This document shows, piece by piece, positions 19,903 through 31,330 of a DNA stretch of 64,000 nt; the first letter of the stretch is position 1; each line of letters starts with the position of its first letter. The DNA is from a bacterium. GTDB lineage: Bacteria; SAR324; NAC60-12. A program made the position numbers and the translations under genes. The stretch is from contig CBDDTI010000295.1 of the NCBI GenBank assembly GCA_965233585.1, positions 128,001 through 192,000 on the forward strand, read 5' to 3'. Below the pieces are notes generated by a model that worked only from the letters and a program-made list of their open reading frames with translations, made no database searches and was not told the DNA's origin.

Positions 19903-20874
19903 TTAATTATTATTTTGAGCCTCTAAGTCAATTCCTAGTGAAAGTCCCATTTCTTCAAGAATTGCTTTGATTTCGTTTAAGGATTTTTTTCCAAAGTTCT
20001 TCGTTTCAAGCATCTCTTTTTCAGTTTTTTGGACTAAAGTACCAATGGTATCAATTTTTGCATTTTGCAAGCAATTGATAGAACGCACTGACAATTCCAG
20101 CTCACTGACATTTTTATTAAGGTGTTCATTGATTTGGACAGCATCAGTATTTTCTTCTGGTTCAGTTTGTTCCTCAAAATTAATGAAAATGTCCATTTGG
20201 TCTTTCAATATTTTTGCTGCATAAGTGATGGCATCTTGGGGAGGAACAGAATGATTAGTCCACAACTGAAAAACTAACTTATCAAATTCTGTTTGTCTCC
20301 CAACACGAGCATTTTGCACTTCATATTGGATTCGTTTTACCGGAGAGTGGTTGGAGTCCAGATAAATTGTATTGACTGGTAAATTAGCATCTTGATTTTC
20401 TTCAGAAGCGACATAACCTTTGTTTTGACGCACATAAAGTGTCATGTTGAGCTGTGCATCTTGATTCAAAGTGGCAATTTTTAAGTCTTTATTCAGAATC
20501 TCTGCCCTCCCAAAAGTAGAAATATCTTTTGCAGTCAAAACTGTTGGTCCCTCTCCAATTAATTCTAATTCTACTGCATTATCTTCAAATTGTTTGATTT
20601 GCAGCTCACTCAGATTGAGGATAATATCAGTGACATCTTCAACGATGCCGGGTATGCCTGTAAATTCATGTGCAATATTTTCAATGTTGATCGCATAAAC
20701 AGCACTACCGCGAATAGAAGAAAGCAAGATGCGTCTGAGTGCATGCCCTATCGTGACGCCATAACCTTTCTCTAGTGGCTCTGCTACAAATCTAATGTAA
20801 TCGCCAGATTCTGAATCTTTATCAATCTGCAACCCTTTTGGTTTAACAATTTCTGTCCAATTTTTAGAAAACAT
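19903..20874 (-). CDS. rpoA: RNA polymerase alpha subunit
   Basis: [33 protein letters not shown]. Confidence 0.99.
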   Translation of the reverse strand: MFSKNWTEIVKPKGLQIDKDSESGDYIRFVAEPLEKGYGVTIGHALRRILLSSIRGSAVYAINIENIAHEFTGIPGIVEDVTDIILNLSELQIKQFEDNAVELELIGEGPTVLTAKDISTFGRAEILNKDLKIATLNQDAQLNMTLYVRQNKGYVASEENQDANLPVNTIYLDSNHSPVKRIQYEVQNARVGRQTEFDKLVFQLWTNHSVPPQDAITYAAKILKDQMDIFINFEEQTEPEENTDAVQINEHLNKNVSELELSVRSINCLQNAKIDTIGTLVQKTEKEMLETKNFGKKSLNEIKAILEEMGLSLGIDLEAQNNN

Positions 20875-20880
20875 ATTTGA

Positions 20881-21264
20881 TTACACTCTTCGTTGTTTAG
20901 GGGGTCTACACCCATTATGAGGAACAGGTGTAACATCAGAAATTCTAGTTACCTTTAGCTCTTCAGCTGCTACAGCACGTAAAGCTGACTCTCTTCCTGC
21001 TCCTGGGCCTTTGATATGGATGGCAACTTCTTTGACTCCAAACTCAAGAGCTTTTTGAATAGCATGTTCTGCTGTCACCTTAGCGGCAAACGGAGTGCTA
21101 CGTCTAGCACCCTTGAATCCATGCAAGCCTGCACTAGACCAAGCAATGACATTCCCAGACTCATCAGAAACGCTCACGATTGTATTATTGAAAGAAGATT
21201 GAACATGAACAACGGCTGAATCAATCTGCTTTTTCTCTTTTTTCTTTGCTGTTTTTTTCACCAT
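20881..21264 (-). CDS. rpsK: 30S ribosomal protein S11
   Basis: [26 protein letters not shown]. Confidence 0.99.
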   Translation of the reverse strand: MVKKTAKKKEKKQIDSAVVHVQSSFNNTIVSVSDESGNVIAWSSAGLHGFKGARRSTPFAAKVTAEHAIQKALEFGVKEVAIHIKGPGAGRESALRAVAAEELKVTRISDVTPVPHNGCRPPKQRRV

Positions 21265-21277
21265 GATTCCATATTAG

Positions 21278-21640
21278 TTATCGCTTTTTCTTTCGTCCCC
21301 TAGACCCTTTACGAGTTCTAGCATTTGTCTTAGTTCTTTGTCCCCGAGCTGGCAACCCTCTACGATGTCTCAGACCTCTGTAATTTCCCAAATCCATCAA
21401 CCGCTTAATACTCAAATTCACTTCACGTCTCAGATTACCTTCAACTTGAAGGTCACTTTCAATGATCTCACGAATAGAATTGACTTCTTGGTTACTCAAA
21501 TCTTTGACTCGTTTGTTCAAATCCAATTCAATTTTGGACAAAATTGATCTTGAAGTTGCTTTGCCTATTCCATAAATGTAGGTCAATGCAATTTCAACAC
21601 GTTTGTTTTTGGGTAAATCTACTCCCGCAATTCTAGCCAC
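21278..21640 (-). CDS. rpsM: 30S ribosomal protein S13
   Basis: [23 protein letters not shown]. Confidence 0.99.
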   Translation of the reverse strand: MARIAGVDLPKNKRVEIALTYIYGIGKATSRSILSKIELDLNKRVKDLSNQEVNSIREIIESDLQVEGNLRREVNLSIKRLMDLGNYRGLRHRRGLPARGQRTKTNARTRKGSRGRKKKR

Positions 21641-21656
21641 TAAGCAACTCCTTCAA

Positions 21657-21770
21657 TTAACCTTGCCTTTGTTTATGTTTTGGAATTTCACAAATCACGC
21701 GAATAATGCCATGACGTCTAATAATCTGACATTTATCACATATTTTTTTAACAGAAGAACGAACTTTCAT
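21657..21770 (-). CDS. rpmJ: 50S ribosomal protein L36 (Zn-ribbon type)
   Basis: Manual translation [37 protein letters not shown]; below the ORF-track length cutoff. Confidence 0.97.
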   Translation of the reverse strand: MKVRSSVKKICDKCQIIRRHGIIRVICEIPKHKQRQG

Positions 21771-21789
21771 AGTTAAATTTTCCTTTGAA

Positions 21790-23121
21790 TTAAAATTTTA
21801 ATCGTCTCTTAGAGACGTTTCTACGACGAGCTTTGCTTAAAAAACCATCGTAATTATGGTTCAACAAAAATGTTTCTACTTGGTTGATTGTGTCTAATCC
21901 CACACCAACAACAATCAAAAGAGCTGTGCCTCCAAAGAGAAAAGGCATGCCCATATTGACAAAAGTAACAGAGGGAAAAACACAGACTGCCACCAAATAT
22001 AAAGCACCAACAAATGTCAGACTTGTTAAAACAACATTGATGTATCCTGCTGTTTTTTTACCGGGGGGAATACCCGGTATGAATCCACCATGACGTTTCA
22101 TCTCTTCTGAGATTTTCAAAGGATTATACTGAATTGCAGTGTAGAAAAAACAGAAGAAGAAAATCATGATAGAAAACAGAACAGAATACAATAATTGTCC
22201 TGGTACGAGCTGATTCCCAATAGATTGCATCCACGGAACAGTCAAGAATGTTGTGATGGTTGCAGGAAAAGCTAAGATAGAAGAAGCAAAAATTGGAGGA
22301 ATCACACCAGCAGAATTAATTTTTAGTGGCAAATGAGAATTTTGCCCACCGTACATCTTGTTACCTTGCAACCGCTTTGCATACTGAACTGGAATTTTAC
22401 GATATGCTGTTTCAACAAAAATGACGCCAAACAAAATAGCAAGTGTGATTAAAATTGTAACAGCTAACAGCAGGATAGGAAGTTGCCCAGCTTGGACAAG
22501 ACTTGCAGAATTGATCATCGCCTGTGGTATATCTACAATAATCCCTGCGAAGATTAACAAAGAAATCCCATTGCCTATCCCTCTTTCATTGATTTGCTCA
22601 CCAACCCACATCAAAAACGATGTCCCTGCTGTCAATGTAATAATGGTAATGACTTGGAATGCCCATGGCTCCATTGCAGAAATGACAACAGGTGATCCAT
22701 CAGGAGCTGCCATGCTTTGAAGTCCTGTAGAAATCCCAAAAGATTGGGCGATGCTCAAGACGATTGTTCCGTAACGTGTGTAAAGAGTAATTTTTCTACG
22801 ACCTGTTTCTCCTTCTTTAGAAAGACGTTCCAATGTAGGAAAAACAACTGTAAGTAGCTGGATAATGATGGAGGCACTGATGTAAGGCATCACACCAAGA
22901 GCAAAAATTGTTAAGCGTCCCAATGCTCCACCTGTGAACATATCAAAGAACCCAAGTATAGAACCCGCTTGTGCCGCAAAAAAACTGGATAATGCTTGAC
23001 CATCAATACCTGGGACAGGAATATGAGCCCCAATGCGAAAGACAACCAGCATTAAGAGCGTGAAGATGATCCTTTGTCGTAATTCTTCAATTCTAAAAAT
23101 ATTTTGGATAATTGACCACAT
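21790..23121 (-). CDS. secY: Preprotein translocase SecY
   Basis: [39 protein letters not shown]. Confidence 0.99.
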   Translation of the reverse strand: MWSIIQNIFRIEELRQRIIFTLLMLVVFRIGAHIPVPGIDGQALSSFFAAQAGSILGFFDMFTGGALGRLTIFALGVMPYISASIIIQLLTVVFPTLERLSKEGETGRRKITLYTRYGTIVLSIAQSFGISTGLQSMAAPDGSPVVISAMEPWAFQVITIITLTAGTSFLMWVGEQINERGIGNGISLLIFAGIIVDIPQAMINSASLVQAGQLPILLLAVTILITLAILFGVIFVETAYRKIPVQYAKRLQGNKMYGGQNSHLPLKINSAGVIPPIFASSILAFPATITTFLTVPWMQSIGNQLVPGQLLYSVLFSIMIFFFCFFYTAIQYNPLKISEEMKRHGGFIPGIPPGKKTAGYINVVLTSLTFVGALYLVAVCVFPSVTFVNMGMPFLFGGTALLIVVGVGLDTINQVETFLLNHNYDGFLSKARRRNVSKRRLKF

Positions 23122-23122
23122 A

Positions 23123-23566
23123 TTAGCTTAAAAGAATGACTTCTCCGCCTGATTGTTTAATTTTTTCAATTGCCGAGTGACTTGCTTTATCTACTTCAAT
23201 TTTGAAGGAACGTTTGACATCTCCGTTGCCTAAAAGTTTCACAGGTTTTTTAGTTGATTTAATCAATCCATTTCGTAATAGAGCTTCTTTGTCCATGAGA
23301 TCTCCGCTATCTATCTGATTTAAAGATTCCAGATTGACAATTTGATAGACTTTGCGAAAAGGACTAGTAAAACCAAATTTAGGTAGCCTACGATAGAGTG
23401 GCATTTGACCTCCCTCAAAGCCTCTTCTAATACTTCCCCCAGAACGTGATTTTTGACCTTTTTGACCACGTCCACATGTTTTGCCCCAACCACTACCAGG
23501 ACCACGTCCAACACGTTTTCGCTTTTTAGTTGAGTCTTTTGGTTTTTCTAATTGATGAAGATACAT
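23123..23566 (-). CDS. rplO: 50S ribosomal protein L15
   Basis: RVGRGPGSG.GKT.GRG; FEGGQMPL.RRLPK. Confidence 0.99.
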   Translation of the reverse strand: MYLHQLEKPKDSTKKRKRVGRGPGSGWGKTCGRGQKGQKSRSGGSIRRGFEGGQMPLYRRLPKFGFTSPFRKVYQIVNLESLNQIDSGDLMDKEALLRNGLIKSTKKPVKLLGNGDVKRSFKIEVDKASHSAIEKIKQSGGEVILLS

Positions 23567-23569
23567 TGA

Positions 23570-23755
23570 TTATTTATTAAGTTGTTCTACTTGAATGAGA
23601 TGATTGACTTTTCTAATCATTCCTAAAACTGATGGTCTTGCAGTAAAAATGGATTCTTGACGTATTTTGCGAAGTCTCAAGCATTTTAAAGTTTCTCTCT
23701 GTGACTTTGGCTTCCCGATGGGGCTTTTGACTAACGTTAATTTGATTTCGCTCAT
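23570..23755 (-). CDS. rpmD: 50S ribosomal protein L30
   Basis: LVKSPIG...GMI.KV.HL; position. Confidence 0.95.
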   Translation of the reverse strand: MSEIKLTLVKSPIGKPKSQRETLKCLRLRKIRQESIFTARPSVLGMIRKVNHLIQVEQLNK

Positions 23756-23759
23756 AATA

Positions 23760-24257
23760 TCATGCCTTTAATTGTTCAACACTTTTATTGCGTCTTTCTG
23801 CAATTTCTTCAAACGATCTTAATGACATTAGAGCATCAAACGTAGCACGGACAAGATTGTGCGGATTTCTTGAACCCAAACTCTTCACACTAATATCATG
23901 GATTCCTACGGCTTCCAAGACAGCACTAATTGACGATGCTGCAATCACGCCATGTCCCTTATTTGCAGGTTTCATCAGAACTTCTCCTGCTCCAAAATGC
24001 CCAATCACTTCGTGAGGAATAGTACTGCCTGACATGACAACCTTTTTCATATTTTTAGAAGCATTGTTGGTTGCTTTTCTGATTGCCTCCGTCACTTCTC
24101 CAGCTTTGCCAAGAGCGTGACCAACATTTCCTCTGCCATCTCCTACGACAACCAAAGCATTAAAACTAAACCTTCGTCCACCTTTGACGACTTTTGCAAC
24201 TCTATTGATTTTGATGATTTTTTCAATCAAATCATTCTTGTCTTTCTTTTCTGCCAA
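23760..24257 (-). CDS. rpsE: 30S ribosomal protein S5
   Basis: [14 protein letters not shown]. Confidence 0.99.
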   Translation of the reverse strand: MAEKKDKNDLIEKIIKINRVAKVVKGGRRFSFNALVVVGDGRGNVGHALGKAGEVTEAIRKATNNASKNMKKVVMSGSTIPHEVIGHFGAGEVLMKPANKGHGVIAASSISAVLEAVGIHDISVKSLGSRNPHNLVRATFDALMSLRSFEEIAERRNKSVEQLKA

Positions 24258-24267
24258 AATTATCTCC

Positions 24268-24633
24268 TTAAAAATTTAAACCTGCTTCTCTTGCAGAATC
24301 AGCTAATGCCTTGACGCGACCGTGGTAAAGAAAACCTCCACGGTCAAAAACAACAGAGGAAATAGATTCATCTAATAGTTTTTTTGCAATAGATTGTCCG
24401 ACTATTTTTGATGACTCTACATTACCAGCATATCCTGTAATCTGCTCAGTTATTTCTTTGTTAAGCGTTGAAGCTGAAGCAATCACATGTCCTGTCTCAT
24501 CATTAATGGCTTGTGCGTAGATGTGTCTGGCTGAACGAAACACAAACAAACGAGGTCTTTGCTGCGTCCCTTTGATTTTTCCTCGTATCTTTTTATGCCT
24601 TTTTTTTCTAGCTAAATGAGTTGATGCTGTCAT
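24268..24633 (-). CDS. rplR: 50S ribosomal protein L18
   Basis: [24 protein letters not shown]. Confidence 0.99.
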   Translation of the reverse strand: MTASTHLARKKRHKKIRGKIKGTQQRPRLFVFRSARHIYAQAINDETGHVIASASTLNKEITEQITGYAGNVESSKIVGQSIAKKLLDESISSVVFDRGGFLYHGRVKALADSAREAGLNF

Positions 24634-24642
24634 AGATGTTTA

Positions 24643-25185
24643 CTATTTTTTGCCTGATTTACCTGATTTACGACGAATCATTTGTCCATCAATTAAAATT
24701 CCTTTACCTTTGTAAGGTTCTGGGGGACGGTGGGCTTGAATGTCTGCAATGGTCTGACCTAATAATCTTTTATCGCAACTTTCTAAGACAATTTGAGTGT
24801 CTCTGTTGATAGTAGCCTTAATGTCTTTGGGAAGCTCAAAATGAACGGGGTGAGAATATCCCAGGTTTAAAGATAACTCCTGACCCTTGACCGAGGCTCT
24901 GTACCCTACCCCAACCAAATTTAAAGTTTTTGTAAAACCTTGATTCACCCCCTGCGTCATATTTTTGATAGTTGCTTGCACGGTGCCCATAACTGTACGA
25001 GCCTTTTTGTCATTTTTGTAATCCGCATCTACGCAAATCTCAGAATCTGTAATTTTTAGCGAGATGGATTGTGGAATCTCAAAGTTTAAAGTTCCTTTAG
25101 GACCTGAAACTTCTAGTATGTTGTTAACATACGAAGTTTTTGTTTGACTTGTTAACAATACTGGACGTTTACCAATTCTTGACAT
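24643..25185 (-). CDS. rplF: 50S ribosomal protein L6
   Basis: MSRIGK.P; GVGYRA; RPPEPYKGKG. Confidence 0.99.
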   Translation of the reverse strand: MSRIGKRPVLLTSQTKTSYVNNILEVSGPKGTLNFEIPQSISLKITDSEICVDADYKNDKKARTVMGTVQATIKNMTQGVNQGFTKTLNLVGVGYRASVKGQELSLNLGYSHPVHFELPKDIKATINRDTQIVLESCDKRLLGQTIADIQAHRPPEPYKGKGILIDGQMIRRKSGKSGKK

Positions 25186-25201
25186 GACATTTTAATATAA
25201 A

Positions 25202-25603
25202 TTACCATACATGAAATAAAACCTCACCCCCTGTGTGAAGCCTCCGACAATCAGTGTCAGAAATCACACCTTTGGAAGTGCTGACTACTGAAATTCCTTG
25301 ACCTCCCAACACTTTTTTCATTTGACCAACTTTTGAATAAGACCTTCGTCCGGGTTTACTGATTCGTTTTAATCCCCTAATGACAGACCCTTGAAATTTG
25401 TCATACTTGAGTCCGATGACAATTTGCTTTTCTGCTATCAATTGACCCTCTACTTTCCAACTTTCAATAAAACCTTCTTGGTGTAAAACTTCACTCACGT
25501 TTGTTTTAATAACAGAGTAAGGAATGTTGACATATTTATGCTTTCTAGCAACAGCATTTCTAATACGAGTTAAATAATCAGCAATGGGATCAGATAATGA
25601 CAT
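25202..25603 (-). CDS. rpsH: 30S ribosomal protein S8
   Basis: DPIADYLTRIRNA; RISKPGRR. Confidence 0.99.
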   Translation of the reverse strand: MSLSDPIADYLTRIRNAVARKHKYVNIPYSVIKTNVSEVLHQEGFIESWKVEGQLIAEKQIVIGLKYDKFQGSVIRGLKRISKPGRRSYSKVGQMKKVLGGQGISVVSTSKGVISDTDCRRLHTGGEVLFHVW

Positions 25604-25620
25604 ATGATTTTCCTAAAAAA

Positions 25621-25806
25621 TTACCAACTGGACTTTGTAACGCCGGGGATTAAACCGAAACCTGCCTTGATACGAAAGCAAATCCGACACATTCCAAATT
25701 TTCTCAAATACGCCTTGGGACGTCCACAGAAATGACAACGATTGTAGCCTCTGACCTTAAACTTTGGTTTTCGCTTCGCTTTTTCTCGTAATGTTTTTTT
25801 TGCCAT
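25621..25806 (-). CDS. rpsN: 30S ribosomal protein S14, Zn-binding type Z
   Basis: MAKK...RCHFCGRP...CRICFR...PGVTKSSW (61 aa from the ATG at 25806). Confidence 0.97.
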   Translation of the reverse strand: MAKKTLREKAKRKPKFKVRGYNRCHFCGRPKAYLRKFGMCRICFRIKAGFGLIPGVTKSSW

Positions 25807-25813
25807 ATGTTTC

Positions 25814-26353
25814 CTACTTTCTAAATGGAAATCCAATTCCTTTTAATAAACTACGTGCTTCTTGGTCAGAATTAGAACTCGTGATGATAGATATATTCAG
25901 CCCTCTGATTTTGTCAATAGAATCAAAATCTATTTCTGGAAAAATGAGTTGTTCTTTGATTCCCAAATTATAATTACCTCTCCCATCAAATGAATTAGGA
26001 GATAATCCTCTGAAGTCTCTCATTCTTGGCAAAGAAACAGTGAGAAATCTGTCAATAAAATCCCACATTCTTTGAGACCGCAGCGAAACATAACAACCTA
26101 TTGGCATTCCTTCACGCAGTTTAAATGCAGCAATGGATTTTCGTGCTTTTGATTTGACTGCTTTCTGACTTGCAATCAAAGACAACTGGTCTATTGCCAA
26201 TTCCAACACCTTAGGATTTTGGACAGCTTCTCCTAGTCCCATGTTTAACACGACTTTTTCAATTTTGGGAATTTGATGTAAATTCTTATAACCAAATTCC
26301 TTCTGTAAAGATGGTCGGACTTCGTTTTTGTAGAGTTCAAGTGATTTTAACAC
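25814..26353 (-). CDS. rplE: 50S ribosomal protein L5
   Basis: [19 protein letters not shown]. Confidence 0.99.
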   Translation of the reverse strand: MLKSLELYKNEVRPSLQKEFGYKNLHQIPKIEKVVLNMGLGEAVQNPKVLELAIDQLSLIASQKAVKSKARKSIAAFKLREGMPIGCYVSLRSQRMWDFIDRFLTVSLPRMRDFRGLSPNSFDGRGNYNLGIKEQLIFPEIDFDSIDKIRGLNISIITSSNSDQEARSLLKGIGFPFRK

Positions 26354-26366
26354 AACGTTTTTTTAA

Positions 26367-26699
26367 TCAAATAGGATTAGAAGATTTTGCGGACAAACGT
26401 TTTTTTTCTTGTCCTTCTTGCTTCATTTTAATTCGGACCCCTTTTTTGTCAGCACTGGAGTACACAAGGACATTGGAATAATGGATGGGGCTTTCGTATT
26501 CTTGCCTTTTGCCTGATTCGTTTTGCTGAGTGGGTTTAAGATGCCTCATTGTCAAGTTGACACCAGACACTAAAATTCGGTTTTGTCTTTTATAAATTCT
26601 CAACACCTTCCCAACATTTCCTTTATCTTTGCCTGCAATGACTTGGACTTGGTCTCCAACCTTGATTTTTGCTTTTTTCAATATAGTGTTTTTTTTCAT
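26367..26699 (-). CDS. rplX: 50S ribosomal protein L24
   Basis: [19 protein letters not shown]. Confidence 0.98.
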   Translation of the reverse strand: MKKNTILKKAKIKVGDQVQVIAGKDKGNVGKVLRIYKRQNRILVSGVNLTMRHLKPTQQNESGKRQEYESPIHYSNVLVYSSADKKGVRIKMKQEGQEKKRLSAKSSNPI

Positions 26700-27055
26700 A
26701 AGACTTCTGGGGCTAGAGAAAGAATTTTACGGATTTGTAACTCACGTGCAACAGGACCAAAAACACGGGATCCAATCGGTTCATTTTTGTTGTCAACGAT
26801 GACAGCTGCGTTTCTGTCAAACCTAATATAAGACCCGTCTTCTCGTCTGACTTCCTTTTTAGTTCTTACAATGACAGCTTTAATCACGTCACCAGATTTA
26901 ATTCTGCCATGTGGTAATGCCGATTTGACTGAGGCAACAATAATGTCTCCTACTCCAGCGTAACGTCTTTTTGAACCTCCCAAAACCTTGATACACATAA
27001 TACGTTTTGCACCCGAATTATCCGCAACATCTAGCATGCTTTGCATTTGAATCAT
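26696..27055 (-). CDS. rplN: 50S ribosomal protein L14
   Basis: [15 protein letters not shown]. Confidence 0.99.
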   Translation of the reverse strand: MIQMQSMLDVADNSGAKRIMCIKVLGGSKRRYAGVGDIIVASVKSALPHGRIKSGDVIKAVIVRTKKEVRREDGSYIRFDRNAAVIVDNKNEPIGSRVFGPVARELQIRKILSLAPEVL

Positions 27056-27064
27056 AGTGCCTCT

Positions 27065-27334
27065 TTAGGAAATATTTTGTGGAGTTTTAGATTGCACAAC
27101 TTCAAATAGTCGCCAACGTTTCCTACGACTGATTGGACGACATTCAATGATTCTTACAACATCGCCAATTTGACAACTATTTAATTCATCATGTGCCATA
27201 TACTTTTTAGAACGTTTCACAGTCCTCTTATACAAAGGATGTTTGATAACTCTTTCTACTAAAACCAAGATAGATTTGTTAGCCTTATCACTGACGACAG
27301 AACCTTGCTTGATTTTTTTACTTCTTCTATTCAC
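27065..27334 (-). CDS. rpsQ: 30S ribosomal protein S17
   Basis: G.VVSDK; HPLY; ECRPIS..KRW. Confidence 0.98.
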   Translation of the reverse strand: MNRRSKKIKQGSVVSDKANKSILVLVERVIKHPLYKRTVKRSKKYMAHDELNSCQIGDVVRIIECRPISRRKRWRLFEVVQSKTPQNIS

Positions 27335-27534
27335 TGATTTTTACTTTTCAAAAGTTGTTCATTCATAATTGTTTGAATGCGAGCAATATTTCGCCTGCCT
27401 TTTTTGATTTCCTGATGATTTAAAAGCTGACCTGTTGTCAAGTTACAACGCATTCTCAACTGTTCTTCTTGAAGTTCTCCAAGTTTTGCTTTCAATTCTT
27501 TTTGAGATAAACCTCTTAAATCTGATAACTTCAT
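27331..27534 (-). CDS. rpmC: 50S ribosomal protein L29
   Basis: RRNIARIQT; position. Confidence 0.95.
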   Translation of the reverse strand: MKLSDLRGLSQKELKAKLGELQEEQLRMRCNLTTGQLLNHQEIKKGRRNIARIQTIMNEQLLKSKNQ

Positions 27535-27947
27535 CTGACTATTTCTCTTTTTAAGATTTGTGTTGGAACAGGCAATTTGAAAGAAGCTTGAAGGAGAGCT
27601 TGTTCTGCATCTTTCATAGAGACGCCATCAATTTCATAAACTACTCTGCCCGGTTTGATGACAGCCACCCATGAATCAACAGAACCTTTGCCTTTGCCCA
27701 TACGAGTTTCAGCAGGTCTTTTCGTGATTGGTTTGTCAGGAAAAATTCTAATCCAAATTTTTCCGCCTCTTTTTAGCTTTCTTGTGATAGTTCGTCTTCC
27801 CGATTCAATTTGTCTTGAATTGATGTACCCTCTACCAACTGCTTGTAAACCTATTTGACCGAATGATATATGGTTACCTGTATTTGAGTTTCCTCCAAGC
27901 CTTCCCTTCATTTTTTTGCGGAATTTGGTTTTTTTAGGCATTAACAT
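27531..27947 (-). CDS. rplP: 50S ribosomal protein L16
   Basis: [16 protein letters not shown]. Confidence 0.99.
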   Translation of the reverse strand: MLMPKKTKFRKKMKGRLGGNSNTGNHISFGQIGLQAVGRGYINSRQIESGRRTITRKLKRGGKIWIRIFPDKPITKRPAETRMGKGKGSVDSWVAVIKPGRVVYEIDGVSMKDAEQALLQASFKLPVPTQILKREIVR

Positions 27948-27949
27948 AA

Positions 27950-28612
27950 CTATCTCTCCTTACGTTTACGAGGTTTAGTTCGCTGCTGTTCAAAATTTTC
28001 TCCACAATAGACCCAAACTTTCACACCAATGAGACCATAATTTGTTAATGCTTCTGTGAAACCATAATCTATTTTGGCTTTGAGAGTGTGCAATCTGACG
28101 CAACCTTCTCTAATCCATTCTTTACGAGCCATCTCTGCACCATTGAGCCTTCCAGAAACTCTAATTTTGCAACCTGCAATTCCAATTTTCATAGCAGAGG
28201 CAATGCTTCTTTTGATAGCTCTACGATATGCGACTCTTCTTTCAAGTTGAGAGGCAATATTTTCTGCCATTAATTGGGCATCAATTTCTGGTCTTTTCAC
28301 TTCTTTGATGTTTATGACAATCTCTTGTTGAGAAAATTTTGTGAGTGTCTTTCGCAGTTTTTCAATTTCATCACCTTTGCGTCCAATGATAATTCCCGGA
28401 CGAGCCGTATGAATGTCAATTTTTGCTTTTCTTGAGTTTCTTTCAATTTCAATTTTTGAAACAGAAGCATTCTTTAACTCTTTTTTAAGAAACTTCTGAA
28501 TTTCTAGGTCTTCTTGAAGTTGCTTTGCGTAACCCTTTTCACTGTACCACTTGGAGTTCCAAGTATGAGTGATTCCTAACCTTAAACTGATTGGATTAAC
28601 TTTTTGTCCCAC
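27950..28612 (-). CDS. rpsC: 30S ribosomal protein S3
   Basis: [25 protein letters not shown]. Confidence 0.99.
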   Translation of the reverse strand: MGQKVNPISLRLGITHTWNSKWYSEKGYAKQLQEDLEIQKFLKKELKNASVSKIEIERNSRKAKIDIHTARPGIIIGRKGDEIEKLRKTLTKFSQQEIVINIKEVKRPEIDAQLMAENIASQLERRVAYRRAIKRSIASAMKIGIAGCKIRVSGRLNGAEMARKEWIREGCVRLHTLKAKIDYGFTEALTNYGLIGVKVWVYCGENFEQQRTKPRKRKER

Positions 28613-28633
28613 AATTCCTCAAAATTTTTAAAT

Positions 28634-28966
28634 TCATTTTCCTACAACTACTGTGATATGTGAACATTGTTTATTAATGCGTGCGCCTCGTCCCATTGCA
28701 CGAGGTCTAAATCTTTTGAAAAGCATGCCTTTATCTGCATACGCTGTCTTGACAAATAATCCATCAACATCAGCAGTTTCATATTTTTGATCATAGTTAG
28801 AGACTGCCGATTTGAGTAATTTTTTGATGATAGGCGATGCTGATTTAGGGATAATATCCAAATAGGCAAAGGCATCATTGACTTGCTTTCCACGAATGAC
28901 GTTCAAAACGATTCGCACTTTTTGAGGCGATATTCTAATATTTTTCGCAACTGCTTTGGCTTCCAT
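28634..28966 (-). CDS. rplV: 50S ribosomal protein L22
   Basis: RISPQKVR; PRAMGR; SHITVVV. Confidence 0.99.
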   Translation of the reverse strand: MEAKAVAKNIRISPQKVRIVLNVIRGKQVNDAFAYLDIIPKSASPIIKKLLKSAVSNYDQKYETADVDGLFVKTAYADKGMLFKRFRPRAMGRGARINKQCSHITVVVGK

Positions 28967-28971
28967 ATTTT

Positions 28972-29250
28972 TTACTTAGAACGTTTATCATTTTTGGTTA
29001 CATGCCCTCGGTAAGTTCTGGTTGGAGAAAATTCTCCAAGTTTGTATCCCACCATCTCTTCTGTAATAAAAACTGGGATAAATTTGTTTCCGTTATGGAC
29101 AGCAATATTCAGTCCAATAAATTCTGGCAGTATGATTGACCGCCTAGACCATGTTTTGATTGCACGACGGTCTTGGTTTTTTTGAGCTAGTTCTACCTTT
29201 TTAAGCAGATGCTTGTCAACGAATGGTCCTTTTTTGAGAGAACGTGGCAT
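28972..29250 (-). CDS. rpsS: 30S ribosomal protein S19
   Basis: [19 protein letters not shown]. Confidence 0.99.
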   Translation of the reverse strand: MPRSLKKGPFVDKHLLKKVELAQKNQDRRAIKTWSRRSIILPEFIGLNIAVHNGNKFIPVFITEEMVGYKLGEFSPTRTYRGHVTKNDKRSK

Positions 29251-29255
29251 ATAAT

Positions 29256-30083
29256 TTATTTCTTATGTCTTGAGCGAATGATATATTTAGAGGTTCTTTT
29301 AACCTTGCGTGTTTTGTATCCTTTGGTAGGGACACCCCAAGGAGTCACGGGGTGTCTGCCACCAGAAGTGCGCCCTTCACCACCACCATGAGGATGGTCC
29401 ACAGGATTCATTACAACACCTCTTACTGTTGGGCGAAACCCTTTCCAACGTTTCCTGCCAGCTTTGCCCCATTTGATATTTGAATATTCTGAATTTCCAA
29501 CCAAACCGATAGTTGCTAAGCAATTTACTAGTACCTTTCTAATTTCTCCTGATTTGAGTTTAATCTGCGCATATTTTTCATTTCTTGCCATCAACTGCAC
29601 GGAACTACCTGCACTTCTAGCTAACTGAGCTCCTTTTTGGGGGAATAGTTCAACACAATGCACAACTGTTCCAATGGGTATTTTGGAGAGGGGTAACGTG
29701 TTTCCTACGCTAATTTCAGCAGACTCACTTGACACAAGTGTCATTCCAACCTGAAGTCCTTCTGGTGCGACAATGTATCGCTTCTCGCCGTCTAAATATG
29801 AGAGCAAAGCAATATGAGCATTACGGTTCGGATCATATTCTATGGTTGACACCTTTGCAGGAACATTAAATTTATTCCTTTTAAAATCAATCTGACGATA
29901 GCGCCTTTTATGACCTCCTCCACGATGACGAATAGTGATTCTTCCGTCAGAGTTTCTTCCACTAATTCTTTTTAAAGGTTTAAGTAAAGACTTTTCAGGA
30001 GAAGAGGCAGTGAGTTCTTGAAACGTTGCACCGCTCATTCCACGCCTGCCTGCAGATGTTGGTTTATAGTTTCTAATCGCCAT
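29256..30083 (-). CDS. rplB: 50S ribosomal protein L2
   Basis: [19 protein letters not shown]. Confidence 0.99.
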   Translation of the reverse strand: MAIRNYKPTSAGRRGMSGATFQELTASSPEKSLLKPLKRISGRNSDGRITIRHRGGGHKRRYRQIDFKRNKFNVPAKVSTIEYDPNRNAHIALLSYLDGEKRYIVAPEGLQVGMTLVSSESAEISVGNTLPLSKIPIGTVVHCVELFPQKGAQLARSAGSSVQLMARNEKYAQIKLKSGEIRKVLVNCLATIGLVGNSEYSNIKWGKAGRKRWKGFRPTVRGVVMNPVDHPHGGGEGRTSGGRHPVTPWGVPTKGYKTRKVKRTSKYIIRSRHKK

Positions 30084-30088
30084 GTTTT

Positions 30089-30382
30089 CTAAAATCTGGA
30101 GCTTTCAAAATATTCAATGTTGCTATCTTCTGATAGCTTAATAATGGCTTTCTTGCGTTCTGAAGTATGACCAATAAAGCGACCTCTCCTCTTCTTCTTA
30201 CTTTGGATTTTTGCAGTTCTCACCTGCAACACGGTCACACCGAATGCCTTCTCCATTGTTGCTTTGATTTGTTTTTTATCTGCAGTTTTTGCGACTTCAA
30301 AGACAACTTGATTGTATTCTTCACTTTGCAAAGTTGTCTTTTCAGTAAAACGAGGTTTTCTAATTAGATTATAGTTTGTCAT
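30089..30382 (-). CDS. rplW: 50S ribosomal protein L23
   Basis: P..TEK; KKAII.L. Confidence 0.97.
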   Translation of the reverse strand: MTNYNLIRKPRFTEKTTLQSEEYNQVVFEVAKTADKKQIKATMEKAFGVTVLQVRTAKIQSKKKRRGRFIGHTSERKKAIIKLSEDSNIEYFESSRF

Positions 30383-31002
30383 ATTTTTAACCTTGACTCT
30401 AATTCTGGAATCACTCCTTTTTCAAGAATAATGGTTGAATACTTCAACATTTTGTAAACATTGAGTGAATGGTGATGAATCACCTCAACATTCTGAATAT
30501 TTCTGGAAGCTAACATGAGTTTCTGAGTATGCAAGAGGGTCACAATCAAGGTTTTTTCGCAATTCAGATTTTTTAATGTTTTGCAAAACTCTTTTGTTTT
30601 ATGAGTTTCTAACTCCGCACGTTCCACCACGACAAGGTCTTGACTCCTAATCTTTGTTGCCAATGCTGAAGACAAGGCTTTCTTCAAGACTTTCTTATTG
30701 ATGGATTTTGCAAAGTCTCTGGGTTTAGGACCAAAAACAACCCCCCCCTTCCGCCAAATGGGAGAAGACGTTCTACCTGCTCTGGCACGACCATTGCCTT
30801 TTTGTTTCCAAGGCTTTCTATTACTTGCAGAAACCTGCGAACGAGTTTTGGTAGATGCAGTGCCTTGACGCTGACTTGCTAAATAACAAACGACAGCTTC
30901 TTTAATCAAATGGGGGTAATAAGGAGTTTCAACAATTGAGTCACTAAAGCTGACTTCTCCCACAGATTCTTTTTTCCAGTTGACCACTGATAATGTTGCC
31001 AT
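30379..31002 (-). CDS. rplD: 50S ribosomal protein L4
   Basis: RQGTASTKTR; KPWKQKG.GRARAG; GGVVFGPKPRD. Confidence 0.99.
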   Translation of the reverse strand: MATLSVVNWKKESVGEVSFSDSIVETPYYPHLIKEAVVCYLASQRQGTASTKTRSQVSASNRKPWKQKGNGRARAGRTSSPIWRKGGVVFGPKPRDFAKSINKKVLKKALSSALATKIRSQDLVVVERAELETHKTKEFCKTLKNLNCEKTLIVTLLHTQKLMLASRNIQNVEVIHHHSLNVYKMLKYSTIILEKGVIPELESRLKI

Positions 31003-31013
31003 GATGACTTTTA

Positions 31014-31325
31014 CTAATCTTGTTTGATTGCAATATCAACTCCGCCTGAAATATCCAGACGCATCATCGCATCTACAGTTGACGGAGTCGTTTCCAATAT
31101 GTAAATCAATCTCTTGTGAGTACGAATCTCAAATTGTTCACGCGATTTTTTATCTACGTGCGGAGAACGTAAGACCGTATATTTGTTGATGCGGGTCGGC
31201 AAAGGAACAGGTCCTACGATCTTAGCCCCTGTCCTTTTGACTGTGTTGACAATCTCTTGGACTGTTTGATCAAGGAGCTTATCATCATAGGCTTTAAGAC
31301 GAACCTTGATTTTATTTTGACTCAT
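31014..31325 (-). CDS. rpsJ: 30S ribosomal protein S10
   Basis: [21 protein letters not shown]. Confidence 0.99.
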   Translation of the reverse strand: MSQNKIKVRLKAYDDKLLDQTVQEIVNTVKRTGAKIVGPVPLPTRINKYTVLRSPHVDKKSREQFEIRTHKRLIYILETTPSTVDAMMRLDISGGVDIAIKQD

Positions 31326-31330
31326 AACTC

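Noticed and set aside
25807..25836. N-terminal extension of S14
   Set aside because: It overlaps the rplE 3' end; the canonical MAKK start at 25806 gives a standard 61-aa protein.
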